Positions 36,188-44,511 of a DNA stretch of 44,874 nucleotides are shown here, in pieces. The stretch is from IMG/VR virus record IMGVR_UViG_3300016467_000490, positions 1-44,874 of that record; one strand, written 5' to 3'. Every line of letters begins with the position of its first letter. The stretch's first letter is position 1. The stretch is from a virus (taxonomy: Duplodnaviria > Caudoviricetes). The notes below the pieces were generated by a model. That model was not told where the DNA came from, did not search any database, and saw only the letters and a program-made list of their open reading frames with translations. The position numbers and the translations under genes are program-made.

Positions 36188-39100
36188 CGTAGTCGCTGCG
36201 GGGCATGTACATCAGGTCACGCCCCTGCTCGGCCTTGCCGTACTGGAACTTGGCGTCTTTGCCCAGCACCGCCTTGGCCACGGACTGCGCGTCCAGGAAC
36301 TCGTTGGGGATGCGCCCCTTCTGGTAGTCGAACGGGGCGATCACCACGCCACCCAGGCGCGGGTTGTGGGCCACGATCATGCCAGGCAGGCGCTCGCCCA
36401 GCATCTTGACCTGCTCGTCGGTCAGCGGGCCGTTGCCCTTGATCAGCATGGCGCTGGCGTCCTTGATCTGGTTGGTGGCCATAGGCACGAAGCGGTGCGC
36501 AGCCATGGCCTCCTGGCCCAGCTCCTGGCCGGCGGTGGCGATGTCGGCGCGCAGAGCCTTGTTCTTGCTCAGGTCGCCGGCGCGCGGCACGTCAACGGCC
36601 ACCAGCGGGTTGGTCTCGAGCTGGCCGGCCTCGTTCTCGTACACGCCCTGGCCGGCTCGCTTGGTCGTACGGCGTCCGCCCATGGTCTCCATGGACACCG
36701 GCGCGCCCTCACCAGTCAGGCGGCGGGTGGCGGTTTCCTGCCACTGGCGCGGCTTGTACTTGGCCAGGTCCGGGGCCACGGCCTCGACCGTGATGGTGGC
36801 CGGGGTCATGGGGCGGCGGGCGGCGGCGGCCAGCGTGTTGAGGGCGGACTCGCCGGCACGGGCGGCCTTGGGCAGCGCCTTGGGCAGCTTGGCGGCCCCT
36901 TGCATGGCGCCGGCAGGGGACGGCAGCGACAGCAGCGTCTCCATCATCGGGCGCTCTTCGTCCGTGGTCATGCCGTACTCGCGCATCAGGTCACGCAGGT
37001 GCTCGGAACCCAGCGTTGGGCGCTCGGAAGCCAATCGGTTACCGACTCGCTTGCCACTCGCTAGATCGCGGGCAGCATCGACGCCCTCGAGGCCCATGTT
37101 GATGAGGTCGACGGGCAGGCCGGCCAGGGAGGCGACGATGCCACGGTTGGCCAGGTCGGTCAGGGCGCGGGGCTTCTTGAGGGATTCGATCTCCTCTTTG
37201 CCTTGGGCCTTGGCCATGCGGGCCAGGGCTTCGGCCATCAGGCGGGTCATGCTCGGCTCCTCTGAGCCCAGGTCGCTCTGGTCAACGGCCAGGCCGCCAC
37301 CGTCGAAGTGCTGGATGAGGCCGCCGTGGGCCTCGTTGATGTCCGGGCTGTTCACGTCGTACGTGCCACGGTTGCCGGTCTCGGACTTGATCTTCTTGGG
37401 GTCGAAGATGCCCAGGTTCTTGGAGTCACGCTCGCTGGTGTAGTAGGCGTCGTGACCGAGCTGTCTGATCAGCTTCTGAATGTCGGGGTGCTCAATCGAG
37501 GCCCAGTTGTTGGTCATGCCGCCAGAGTCGTCCACGCCTGCGATGGCGTCCAGCTCGTACTGGATTTCCTTGTTGCCAGGGAATCGCTTGCTGGCCGCTT
37601 CGCGAATCGCCTTCATGTGCTCGCGGTTGTCGTAATCGAATGGGTTTCTGACCTGCACCCGAACCGGCATGACGTTGGGGCCATGGTGGCCGCTGGAGTT
37701 GATGGCCCAGTCGCCGGCGAAGTCAGGGTCTGGCGAGACGAATGTGCCCTTGTGGCCAGGGAAAAAGTTTTTGATGTCGCCCTTGGTGCCGTGGTAGAAG
37801 CGGCGTTTGTCCTTGGACTCGGCCAGGAACTTCTCGAGGTTGGCCTCACGCTTCTCTGCTGGCAAGATTTTCTGCGTGCCCTTGAGTGCGGCATTGGCCT
37901 CCTCTGAGGCTTTGGCGATTGCCTTGGCGGCCTTGGCCCAGCCGCCGCCAGCGTAGCCCTCTTCGACGTGGGAGTTGATGGAGTCCAGGATGCCGTCGAG
38001 GTCGACGCCCTCGGTCGTCTCGACCTGCTGCTCGGGCTGCATGGTGTAGCCCAGGGCGTTGAGGCGGTCCTCGATGTGGAACGGCACGTTGTCAGGTGCC
38101 TGAAAGGCTGCGCCACCGTCGGCGAATGAGTCGTCGTCGGTCACGGCTCTGCCGGTGTCCTTCTTGCGCAGCTCGTCCTTGCGCAGCTCCATGTCGCGTT
38201 TGCGCACGCCGCCGCCACGACGCATCTCGGCAGTCACCTCGCCGCCGTCCTTCTTCTTGAGGTAGTCCTTGCCTCGCAGCATGTCCTCCATGACCTCGCG
38301 CGGACTCTTGCCGGTGATCTCGGCCGTGCGGCGAATCATGCGCTCGAGGTTGTCGACGTACAGCTCGGGCTTGGTCTTGAGGGCGGTCACGTCGGCAGAG
38401 CCATACCAGCCCAGCGCCTGGGCTTCGGCCGGGGCCATGCCGTGGCGCTTGGCACCACGTTGCCACAGGTCTTCAAAGCCCGCATACTCGGACCCAGACG
38501 GGGCGGCCTCCCAAAAGCCAGGGCGTTCTTTTGCCTGCTTGAGGGACATCTGGCCGGACTCGACGGCCTTGCGGGGGAAGTGCTCGCCCGTCACCTTGCC
38601 GGTCACCGGGTCTTTCTCCACCACCTTGGACGTGAGCCAGCGCGGATCACCGCGCTCGATGATGGGGCCGCGCACCGCGTTGACGTCGACGGTCACGGGC
38701 TTGAGGTTGCCCAGCAGGTTGCGGTAGAACGTGCCCAGCTTGGCGTTGGGCGGAAGTGCGCCCTCGAGGTCGCCGGCCGCGATCTGCTTGCCGCGCTTGA
38801 AGATGTCGCTCTGGGCCAGGGAGCCATACCCGGGCGGCAGCTCGATGGCCGTGCCGGCAGGGCGCTCGCCCTTCTTCAGCTTGTTGGTCAGCAGGTATGC
38901 GTCCTCGGGGAGCTGGCCTGTCTGGCTCAGGTGCCACAGGTACGAGCCCATCAGGTTCTGCTGGTCGACCGGGTTGCGCTGCGATGCGCTGGCCATCTGG
39001 GCCATGAAGTCGTTGAACTGCTTGGGGGTCAGGCCGATGTCCATGGCCACCTGGCGCAGAGGCTCGGTGCCGTACCACTCACGCATGCCCAGCTCTTCAC

Positions 39101-39440
39101 CCTTGGCGATCAGCTTGTCGATCTTCTTGCGGGCGGTCGGGCTGTCGAGCAGGTCTTGCATCCGCTCGGTGTACTTGGGCTTTTCGCCTGCCGCCCGGGC
39201 CTTGTCGACCATCGGGATGCGGGGCAGGTCTTCTTGTGCGATGCCCGGGGTGTACATGCCCTGCGATCTGGGCATCAGGGGCAGGCCGGTCCCCTGGGGC
39301 GTGGTCATCGGGGGAGTCTTGGCGGCCAGGGCTTCCTCGAGCTTGGCGGCCTTTTGGGCTTCGATTGCTGCCTCGGCCTCACGCTTGGCCAGTTGCAGTG
39401 CGCTGACGACCTTGCGGCCTGTGGTCAGTGGATCACTCAT
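36039..39440 (-). CDS. large polyvalent protein: N-terminal helical glycosylase-like domain + ART-PolyVal-like ADP-ribosyltransferase + unknown C-terminal domain
   Basis: FYHGT...F.SPDPDFA...NVMPV.V...NPFD...GHDA...FDPKKIKS..GN.GTYD...PDI at ~37335-37810; WY...KLG.FY.NL.G...VTVD...P.EAQA.GW at ~38300-39100. Confidence 0.75.
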   Translation of the reverse strand: MSDPLTTGRKVVSALQLAKREAEAAIEAQKAAKLEEALAAKTPPMTTPQGTGLPLMPRSQGMYTPGIAQEDLPRIPMVDKARAAGEKPKYTERMQDLLDSPTARKKIDKLIAKGEELGMREWYGTEPLRQVAMDIGLTPKQFNDFMAQMASASQRNPVDQQNLMGSYLWHLSQTGQLPEDAYLLTNKLKKGERPAGTAIELPPGYGSLAQSDIFKRGKQIAAGDLEGALPPNAKLGTFYRNLLGNLKPVTVDVNAVRGPIIERGDPRWLTSKVVEKDPVTGKVTGEHFPRKAVESGQMSLKQAKERPGFWEAAPSGSEYAGFEDLWQRGAKRHGMAPAEAQALGWYGSADVTALKTKPELYVDNLERMIRRTAEITGKSPREVMEDMLRGKDYLKKKDGGEVTAEMRRGGGVRKRDMELRKDELRKKDTGRAVTDDDSFADGGAAFQAPDNVPFHIEDRLNALGYTMQPEQQVETTEGVDLDGILDSINSHVEEGYAGGGWAKAAKAIAKASEEANAALKGTQKILPAEKREANLEKFLAESKDKRRFYHGTKGDIKNFFPGHKGTFVSPDPDFAGDWAINSSGHHGPNVMPVRVQVRNPFDYDNREHMKAIREAASKRFPGNKEIQYELDAIAGVDDSGGMTNNWASIEHPDIQKLIRQLGHDAYYTSERDSKNLGIFDPKKIKSETGNRGTYDVNSPDINEAHGGLIQHFDGGGLAVDQSDLGSEEPSMTRLMAEALARMAKAQGKEEIESLKKPRALTDLANRGIVASLAGLPVDLINMGLEGVDAARDLASGKRVGNRLASERPTLGSEHLRDLMREYGMTTDEERPMMETLLSLPSPAGAMQGAAKLPKALPKAARAGESALNTLAAAARRPMTPATITVEAVAPDLAKYKPRQWQETATRRLTGEGAPVSMETMGGRRTTKRAGQGVYENEAGQLETNPLVAVDVPRAGDLSKNKALRADIATAGQELGQEAMAAHRFVPMATNQIKDASAMLIKGNGPLTDEQVKMLGERLPGMIVAHNPRLGGVVIAPFDYQKGRIPNEFLDAQSVAKAVLGKDAKFQYGKAEQGRDLMYMPRSDYATEGAREPSAASKAMRERLKRAEQRLFRELGQSQAAPRQAREAQSTILD

Positions 39441-39757
39441 GAGCTCACCTTGGTGGGGATCGGTGTGAACATGGCCTCGACCCTGCGCTGGGCGTCAGAC
39501 TCCGTGGCCTTGAGGTCTTGCAGCACCTCGCGGTTGACCAGCTCGAGGTCGAACCTGGCAAGGTGGGCGTCGATCACGTTGAAACGGTGGACCGCCCACA
39601 TGAACTGCGGTTTCCACAGTCGAATGCGCAGGCGGTAGGTCACGGCGTTGTGGGTTGCGAAGTCGTACCAGGCCCACATGAGGCGAAAGCCCCCAGGGGT
39701 CAGGCTGAAGTTCAGCCCCAGCTTGATGAACGCGCCCTCGGGTGTATGGTGCAGCAT
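39437..39757 (-). CDS. hypothetical protein
   Basis: GAGGG RBS, ATGA-coupled to polyvalent gene. Confidence 0.65.
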   Translation of the reverse strand: MLHHTPEGAFIKLGLNFSLTPGGFRLMWAWYDFATHNAVTYRLRIRLWKPQFMWAVHRFNVIDAHLARFDLELVNREVLQDLKATESDAQRRVEAMFTPIPTKVSS

Positions 39758-39766
39758 CGTCGTCCC

Positions 39767-41176
39767 TCAAATGGCGTATGGGTTGACCTTGGGCTGACCG
39801 AAGTCAAGGTCGTCGTCCTCGTCATCATATCTCGGCTCGGGGTCAATGTCGAGCCAGCCGGCGTCCTTCAGCCAGCGCATGGCCTGGGTGGTCGAGTCCA
39901 CGTAGTCGTCATGCGTGGCGTCCGGGAACGCACAGAGCTGGGACAGCAGCGGCTCGACCCAGTCCTTGACGTATCCCTTACGGTGATCTGACTCGGGCAG
40001 CCAGACACGGCCGGCCACGAAGACGGCGGCGGCGATCTGTAGGCGCTGCATCTTGTCGGCGCGGCCAGGGTTGTAGCCAGACACGGGCAGGTGGGCGCGG
40101 CGCAGTTCCTGGATCAGGGACAGGCCGGCGGCCTTCTCCTCGACCAGGACCATGTCGGGCTTCTTCTGCTTCTTGCCCTCGCCGTAGCTCACCCGGTACT
40201 CGTCCAGCACCTCGGCCTTCAGGTCCGGGAAGATCAGGTGCTTGTCCCAGCAGTCCAGCAGCATGACCGACATCGGGCCGTCGTCCGGCTTGAACACGCC
40301 CCAGGTCGTCATGGCCGTCGGGTCGTTGTGCTCCTTCTCGGTGTAGGCGCAGTCGTAGGACTGCAGCACGTACAGCAACTGAGGGAAGGGCTTGCCGGCC
40401 GGCCACAGCTTGAACATGGACCGGCTGACCACCTTGCCGTCCTCGAGGTCGACGATCTCGCCCATGACCTCCTGCTGGTACAGCTTGGTGCCCTTGTACT
40501 GCTCGAGCTGCTTCTGAAAGGTTGGCGCAAGGTTAGCGGCGTTTTGGTACGTGCTGGCGCGGTCGACCACGACGTCGTCGCCCTCCCTGGACACCAGCTC
40601 GATGATCAGGTCTTTGGGGCGGGGCGTGGTGGTCACGATGACCTTGGGGCTGTCGCCCAGGCGCAGGCCGAACTCCATCATGTCCCAGGCCTCCTGGATG
40701 TAATGGAAGGCCGCCAGCTCGTCGCACCAGGCGAAGTGGAACTGCGGGCCGCGCAGACGCTCGTATGAGTCGGCACTGATGCCCCGGATGATCGAGCCGT
40801 TGACCAGCTTGATCTGGTGGTCCTGCTTGTTGTAGTCGACCACCAGGGGCTGCGGGATGCAGGCCAGCAGGCCAGACACGCCCTCAAAGCAGGTGTGCTT
40901 CAAGTCGTTGGACGTCGGGGCCAGCACCAGGGCGCGCGCATTGGGGACCAGCCAGCACCACCACCACAGGGCCTCGGCAGCACTACGGGTTTTCCCTGCA
41001 CCCCGGCCGGCCAGCATGAGCCAGACGTGGTAATCGTGCTGCAGGTCCGGCGGCACCTGGTACTTGTGGGCGCCGGCCAGCCAGTTGGTGTGGGCGATGA
41101 CGGCCAGGCGCTCGTGCTCCGGCTTGGCGTCGAACTCCTCCGCGAGCTGCGGATCAAGGTGCTCAAGAATCGACAC
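39767..41176 (-). CDS. terL: terminase large subunit
   Basis: Walker A AGRGAGKT, Walker B AWCDE, TTTP motif III, nuclease SYDCA...VEEKAAG...HDDYVD. Confidence 0.95.
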   Translation of the reverse strand: MSILEHLDPQLAEEFDAKPEHERLAVIAHTNWLAGAHKYQVPPDLQHDYHVWLMLAGRGAGKTRSAAEALWWWCWLVPNARALVLAPTSNDLKHTCFEGVSGLLACIPQPLVVDYNKQDHQIKLVNGSIIRGISADSYERLRGPQFHFAWCDELAAFHYIQEAWDMMEFGLRLGDSPKVIVTTTPRPKDLIIELVSREGDDVVVDRASTYQNAANLAPTFQKQLEQYKGTKLYQQEVMGEIVDLEDGKVVSRSMFKLWPAGKPFPQLLYVLQSYDCAYTEKEHNDPTAMTTWGVFKPDDGPMSVMLLDCWDKHLIFPDLKAEVLDEYRVSYGEGKKQKKPDMVLVEEKAAGLSLIQELRRAHLPVSGYNPGRADKMQRLQIAAAVFVAGRVWLPESDHRKGYVKDWVEPLLSQLCAFPDATHDDYVDSTTQAMRWLKDAGWLDIDPEPRYDDEDDDLDFGQPKVNPYAI

Positions 41177-41774
41177 GCTTGGACATCTCGATGGCGCGGA
41201 TCAGCTCGTACAGGCGGCCGCTGCCGGCCTCCTCGGTCTTGATGGCCGCCCCGTTGGGGTCGCCCGTGATGACCGTCTTCTCGCTGTACTTGTTCGACCA
41301 CTTGGCCAGCAGCTTCAGGCGGGTCTCGATGCGCAGCTTGGACCGTTGGATGTGCTCAGGGTCCACCACCCGGATCACCTCGACCTTCTTGGTCCTGGGG
41401 TTGAACTGCTCCCGGTTGACCCAGTCATTGACCGAGTTGTCGGCGATGTCCAGGCATTCCTCGGCGATGCTGTCGTACCCCACCTCGCGTGCCCGTGCGA
41501 TGTGTGCAGCCAGGTCTTCGTCGCGCGCCATCCAAAAGTAGATGTTCCTCCACGGTGGCATCCCTTCCATGCGGCATATCTCTCGCAATGGAATGCCCTC
41601 AGAGAGCATCTCGCATATCTGGTGAGCGACTGCAGGATCGTAGGATGACTTCCTGCTCATGCCGTGCTTCTTGATTTCGGTCTGTGCGTCTTGGACGACC
41701 TTCTTGACGGCGTCTGAGGCCTTTGCGGCGTCTGACTTCGCGGGCTTGCGCGGTTTCTTCGGCGTTTCGGACAT
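41163..41774 (-). CDS. terS: terminase small subunit (Sf6/P22-like HTH)
   Basis: ICE.LSEG.PLR.IC...GMP......W, AR..G.D...EE.L.IAD, R.KLRIETR.KLLAKW..KY; AGGAG RBS; overlaps terL start. Confidence 0.88.
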   Translation of the reverse strand: MSETPKKPRKPAKSDAAKASDAVKKVVQDAQTEIKKHGMSRKSSYDPAVAHQICEMLSEGIPLREICRMEGMPPWRNIYFWMARDEDLAAHIARAREVGYDSIAEECLDIADNSVNDWVNREQFNPRTKKVEVIRVVDPEHIQRSKLRIETRLKLLAKWSNKYSEKTVITGDPNGAAIKTEEAGSGRLYELIRAIEMSKRVDS

Positions 41775-41907
41775 GACTCCTATTCCCCTCAAAGCGGTGA
41801 TTGAATTGGCTGCAGTCTAATCGATTCGCTTTCGGGATGCCAGCGTCAGGGTACGCTCTCGGCGCTTTGCTTAATCCGTCACTTTAGGCTCGGCGCGCTT
41901 CGCTTAT

Positions 41908-42074
41908 GGTGTTGGTACTCACGGCGTCGTGCGGTTCTGACTACTGTCGATACCCCGCTGCCGAGACGGCTTACCGCTTTCCCAACACGGCTGGGGACTG
42001 ATCCGTCAGGTTGTGGCTCATCGGTACGGCTGACGGCCCGCCCGAAACTTTGCCCCAGTCCCCATGCGTGTTGG
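41908..42074 (-). ncRNA. putative structured non-coding RNA / cis-regulatory element
   Basis: 17/19 inverted repeat 41982-42000 with 42056-42074, inner 7-bp stem 42003-42009/42030-42036, competing pairing partner at 41909-41915. Confidence 0.6.
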
Positions 42075-42172
42075 CTCCGAGTCGCCCTCCCCCGGATGCT
42101 TTGTCCCGAATTCCACGGGCTTGGCCTACTTCACCACCTAAATGATTACAGACCTCCGAAACCGATTCGCTA

Positions 42173-42406
42173 TCAGTTCGCCGGCGACTCGCTCGCCTCG
42201 ATCATTTCCATCTGGTCAGGGTTCGCGTACTGCTCCACGGGCGTGCCCTTGCTGAGTTCCTTCACCAGGTCATCTTGCGATGCCACGCGAACGGTCAGCA
42301 TGGTGTTGGCCACATGGCTCAGTGCCTGCTGGCGCAGGCTGGCCTTGATCAGTCGGGTGTTGCCGTCGGGCGTGCCGACAAGGTAAATACGTTGTGCTGC
42401 TGCCAC
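42173..42406 (-). CDS. hypothetical protein (RIYLV....RLIKA....QA..HVA family)
   Basis: GTG start at 42406 after GGAG. Confidence 0.7.
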   Translation of the reverse strand: MAAAQRIYLVGTPDGNTRLIKASLRQQALSHVANTMLTVRVASQDDLVKELSKGTPVEQYANPDQMEMIEASESPAN

Positions 42407-42435
42407 GATGATTCTCCAGTGTTGTTGTGCGTTGA

Positions 42436-42444
42436 ATTTTAACA
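42436..42444 (-). promoter_or_regulatory. extended -10 promoter (TGnTAAAAT)
   Basis: minus strand TGTTAAAAT just downstream of terminator and ~30 nt upstream of the 42406 start. Confidence 0.5.
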
Positions 42445-42455
42445 CAACATTGCCC

Positions 42456-42484
42456 AAAAGAAAACCCGCTCGTGGCGGGTTTCC
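42456..42484 (-). terminator. intrinsic terminator ending small-gene array
   Basis: minus strand AAACCCGC-CACGA-GCGGGTTT followed by TCTTTT. Confidence 0.75.
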
Positions 42485-42562
42485 GGTGTTGGTAGAGGGG
42501 CACCACCCCTTGATTAACCGAGTCGGTTTGCTTTCGCTGCAGGATCGCTACACGTTCGCTTT

Positions 42563-42703
42563 TTAGATGAACACGAGTATAACCACGCAGACGATAAACG
42601 CAACCCCTGCAAACATCTCGTCGAAGGCATCACCCAGGCCTGACGTGTATTTCCTCTGGCTGGGCAGATGCCGCATCATCTCGTCGATCTCTTGCTTGTT
42701 CAT
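42563..42703 (-). CDS. small protein with C-terminal TM helix, 46 aa (not in ORF track)
   Basis: MNKQEIDEMMRHLPSQ...FAGVAFIVCVVILVFI; ATGA-coupled, AGGGG RBS. Confidence 0.6.
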   Translation of the reverse strand: MNKQEIDEMMRHLPSQRKYTSGLGDAFDEMFAGVAFIVCVVILVFI

Positions 42704-42960
42704 GTGTTTCCCCTTGCTCGGATGGCTTCGGCGCAGTCGGCAGCGATCATCACGCCGTCATGATCCATCTGCTCACACAACTCAGCACAAGCCTCACGCT
42801 CGGCAGCCGCAATGCTGCGCTCGTACTCAGTCCAATGCTCCTGCGTCCATGTGCGGTTGCGCTCAACAGCAGCGAAGGCGGCGAACACAGTTTCAATCAC
42901 TTCCTCCGAGTCGATTGAGCCTGCCTCCCGCGCCATGCGGATGATGTCATCGCGGTTCAT
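42700..42960 (-). CDS. hypothetical protein (MNRDDIIRMAREAG...AAEREACA..C....CA.AIRARG family)
   Basis: recognisable small phage family; AAGGAG RBS, ATGA coupling. Confidence 0.75.
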   Translation of the reverse strand: MNRDDIIRMAREAGSIDSEEVIETVFAAFAAVERNRTWTQEHWTEYERSIAAAEREACAELCEQMDHDGVMIAADCAEAIRARGNT

Positions 42961-43622
42961 GTGTTCTTCTCCTTGAGTTGATAGTCTTTAAAAACAATTC
43001 CCTTGCTCGCATCACCCTTCCAACATTCTTTAACCCACCCACGCTTGCCTGACTTGTAGGTGCGCCAATGACCTCTGACTTGGTGTCTTCGTGGGCTTGC
43101 GTGTGTGCCGCCTTGTGGATCGTTCTTTTCCTTTGGTGGCTCAATCTCAACTGTGTGCCAGTCAAACGTCAAGGCTGACTTGCCTTTGGCTTTGCGCTTG
43201 GCGTTGATGAATGTGCGCTGTGGCGTTGGTTTATATGCCTGTTCTTTGCCAGCCAGTTTAAGCAGCACCGCATAAACCATGCGTAAAACGGGCAGGATTT
43301 CGTCTTGCGTGACCTTCCTGCCGTGGTTGTAATACTGCATCCCTTCGTCTGTCAGGATGTAGGCAAACGGCTCAAAATACTTTGTTGGTGCAATGGTGCA
43401 TCCAGCCACCGTGACGCTGTTTTCTCCTGCGGTTAGCCAAAGACTGAACTTCCTGTTTTTGCTGTCTACCCCTGCAATTCCTGTTCGTTTGAATGGCAGA
43501 TTCATCACCACATCTGCGGGTATGCGCTTGTCAAAGATAGGCTCCATCATGCCAACATCAAACCACAAAGCAGTTTCAGGCTCTGGAGCAAGTCTGACCG
43601 CTTCGCAAATCAAGGGTGTCAT
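42957..43622 (-). CDS. hypothetical protein with HASPRRHQVRGHWR basic motif
   Basis: 221 aa; AAGGAG RBS; ATGA coupling. Confidence 0.75.
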   Translation of the reverse strand: MTPLICEAVRLAPEPETALWFDVGMMEPIFDKRIPADVVMNLPFKRTGIAGVDSKNRKFSLWLTAGENSVTVAGCTIAPTKYFEPFAYILTDEGMQYYNHGRKVTQDEILPVLRMVYAVLLKLAGKEQAYKPTPQRTFINAKRKAKGKSALTFDWHTVEIEPPKEKNDPQGGTHASPRRHQVRGHWRTYKSGKRGWVKECWKGDASKGIVFKDYQLKEKNT

Positions 43623-43843
43623 GTGTTCTTCTCCTTGAGTTTGGCTTCTTCGGACTCTTTAAATTCCATGATTGCAGTTAATACCTTTAACGGCATGGGA
43701 ACCCACAATTGGGTTTGTTCGTCTTTGTAAATGCCGTACAAGCCGTACAAATCTTTGTGTAACAGTTTGCTGCGATGCGCCTCTGCTTCTTCGGAGGATG
43801 AAAAGCCGTTAATGGTTGTAATTGATTTTGTTTTAGCCACCAT
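43619..43843 (-). CDS. hypothetical protein
   Basis: ATG at 43843 after AAGGAG; ends AKLKEKNT. Confidence 0.65.
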   Translation of the reverse strand: MVAKTKSITTINGFSSSEEAEAHRSKLLHKDLYGLYGIYKDEQTQLWVPMPLKVLTAIMEFKESEEAKLKEKNT

Positions 43844-44078
43844 TTTTCTCCTTGAGTTTGGCTTCGACAATGTGGGCAAATTCAATCAGGTCTGCATCGG
43901 TTGCTACCCAATCGTCTTTTTGTATGCGTGTCAGGCCGTGTGTTGAATCCCATATTTCTTCCATTGTCAGCCCAACCCACGGCAGTTCAATCACATCGTG
44001 ACCAGCTTGCTTGTAGGCTTCAGCTCTCCATCTGGCGGCGCGGTTCTTGTGGTACTCGCAGTTTAAACATTCAGCCAT
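43833..44078 (-). CDS. hypothetical protein
   Basis: CxxC start; WVGLT...FA..VEAKLKEKN module. Confidence 0.7.
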   Translation of the reverse strand: MAECLNCEYHKNRAARWRAEAYKQAGHDVIELPWVGLTMEEIWDSTHGLTRIQKDDWVATDADLIEFAHIVEAKLKEKNGG

Positions 44079-44304
44079 GGTTCTTCTCCTTAAGTTTTAC
44101 TTCGATGGCTCGGGCAAATTCATTAAAGCCGCCACCCTCTTGAGTGTCATCAAATGCAATGTCGATGTCCTGCTGAGTCAGCCCCACCCACGGCTTGCGT
44201 TCTTTCTTCAGTTTCTTGATAAGCCGCAAATGAGAATCACATACCTTCTCCCACTCTCTGCACTGAGCGCGGAGCATCTCGACTTCGCTTGTGTAAATTT
44301 GCAT
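44071..44304 (-). CDS. hypothetical protein
   Basis: WVGLT...FARAIEVKLKEKN module; AAGGAG RBS. Confidence 0.7.
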   Translation of the reverse strand: MQIYTSEVEMLRAQCREWEKVCDSHLRLIKKLKKERKPWVGLTQQDIDIAFDDTQEGGGFNEFARAIEVKLKEKNHG

Positions 44305-44307
44305 CTC

Positions 44308-44511
44308 TCACTCCTTAATGCCGTGTGCAAGGCTCATACCGCTGAGAAAAATTGCTGTCAGCGTCTGTTGCAAAGTGCAGCCACCGTTGGTCATGGTGGC
44401 AAAGATGTCAAGCACTTCTTGCTCAATAAATTGACTGGTTTCCCGAGGCATTTTCATTTTGTCCATGCCTCGTGGAGATGACCTACGCATAGTTGGTTTG
44501 AGTTCAGTCAT
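44308..44511 (-). CDS. hypothetical protein
   Basis: ATGA coupling; ends AHGIKE. Confidence 0.6.
   Translation of the reverse strand: MTELKPTMRRSSPRGMDKMKMPRETSQFIEQEVLDIFATMTNGGCTLQQTLTAIFLSGMSLAHGIKE

Noticed and set aside
41790-42560. tRNA genes in the intergenic regions
   Set aside because: No cloverleaf with TTCGA T-loop and acceptor stem found by eye
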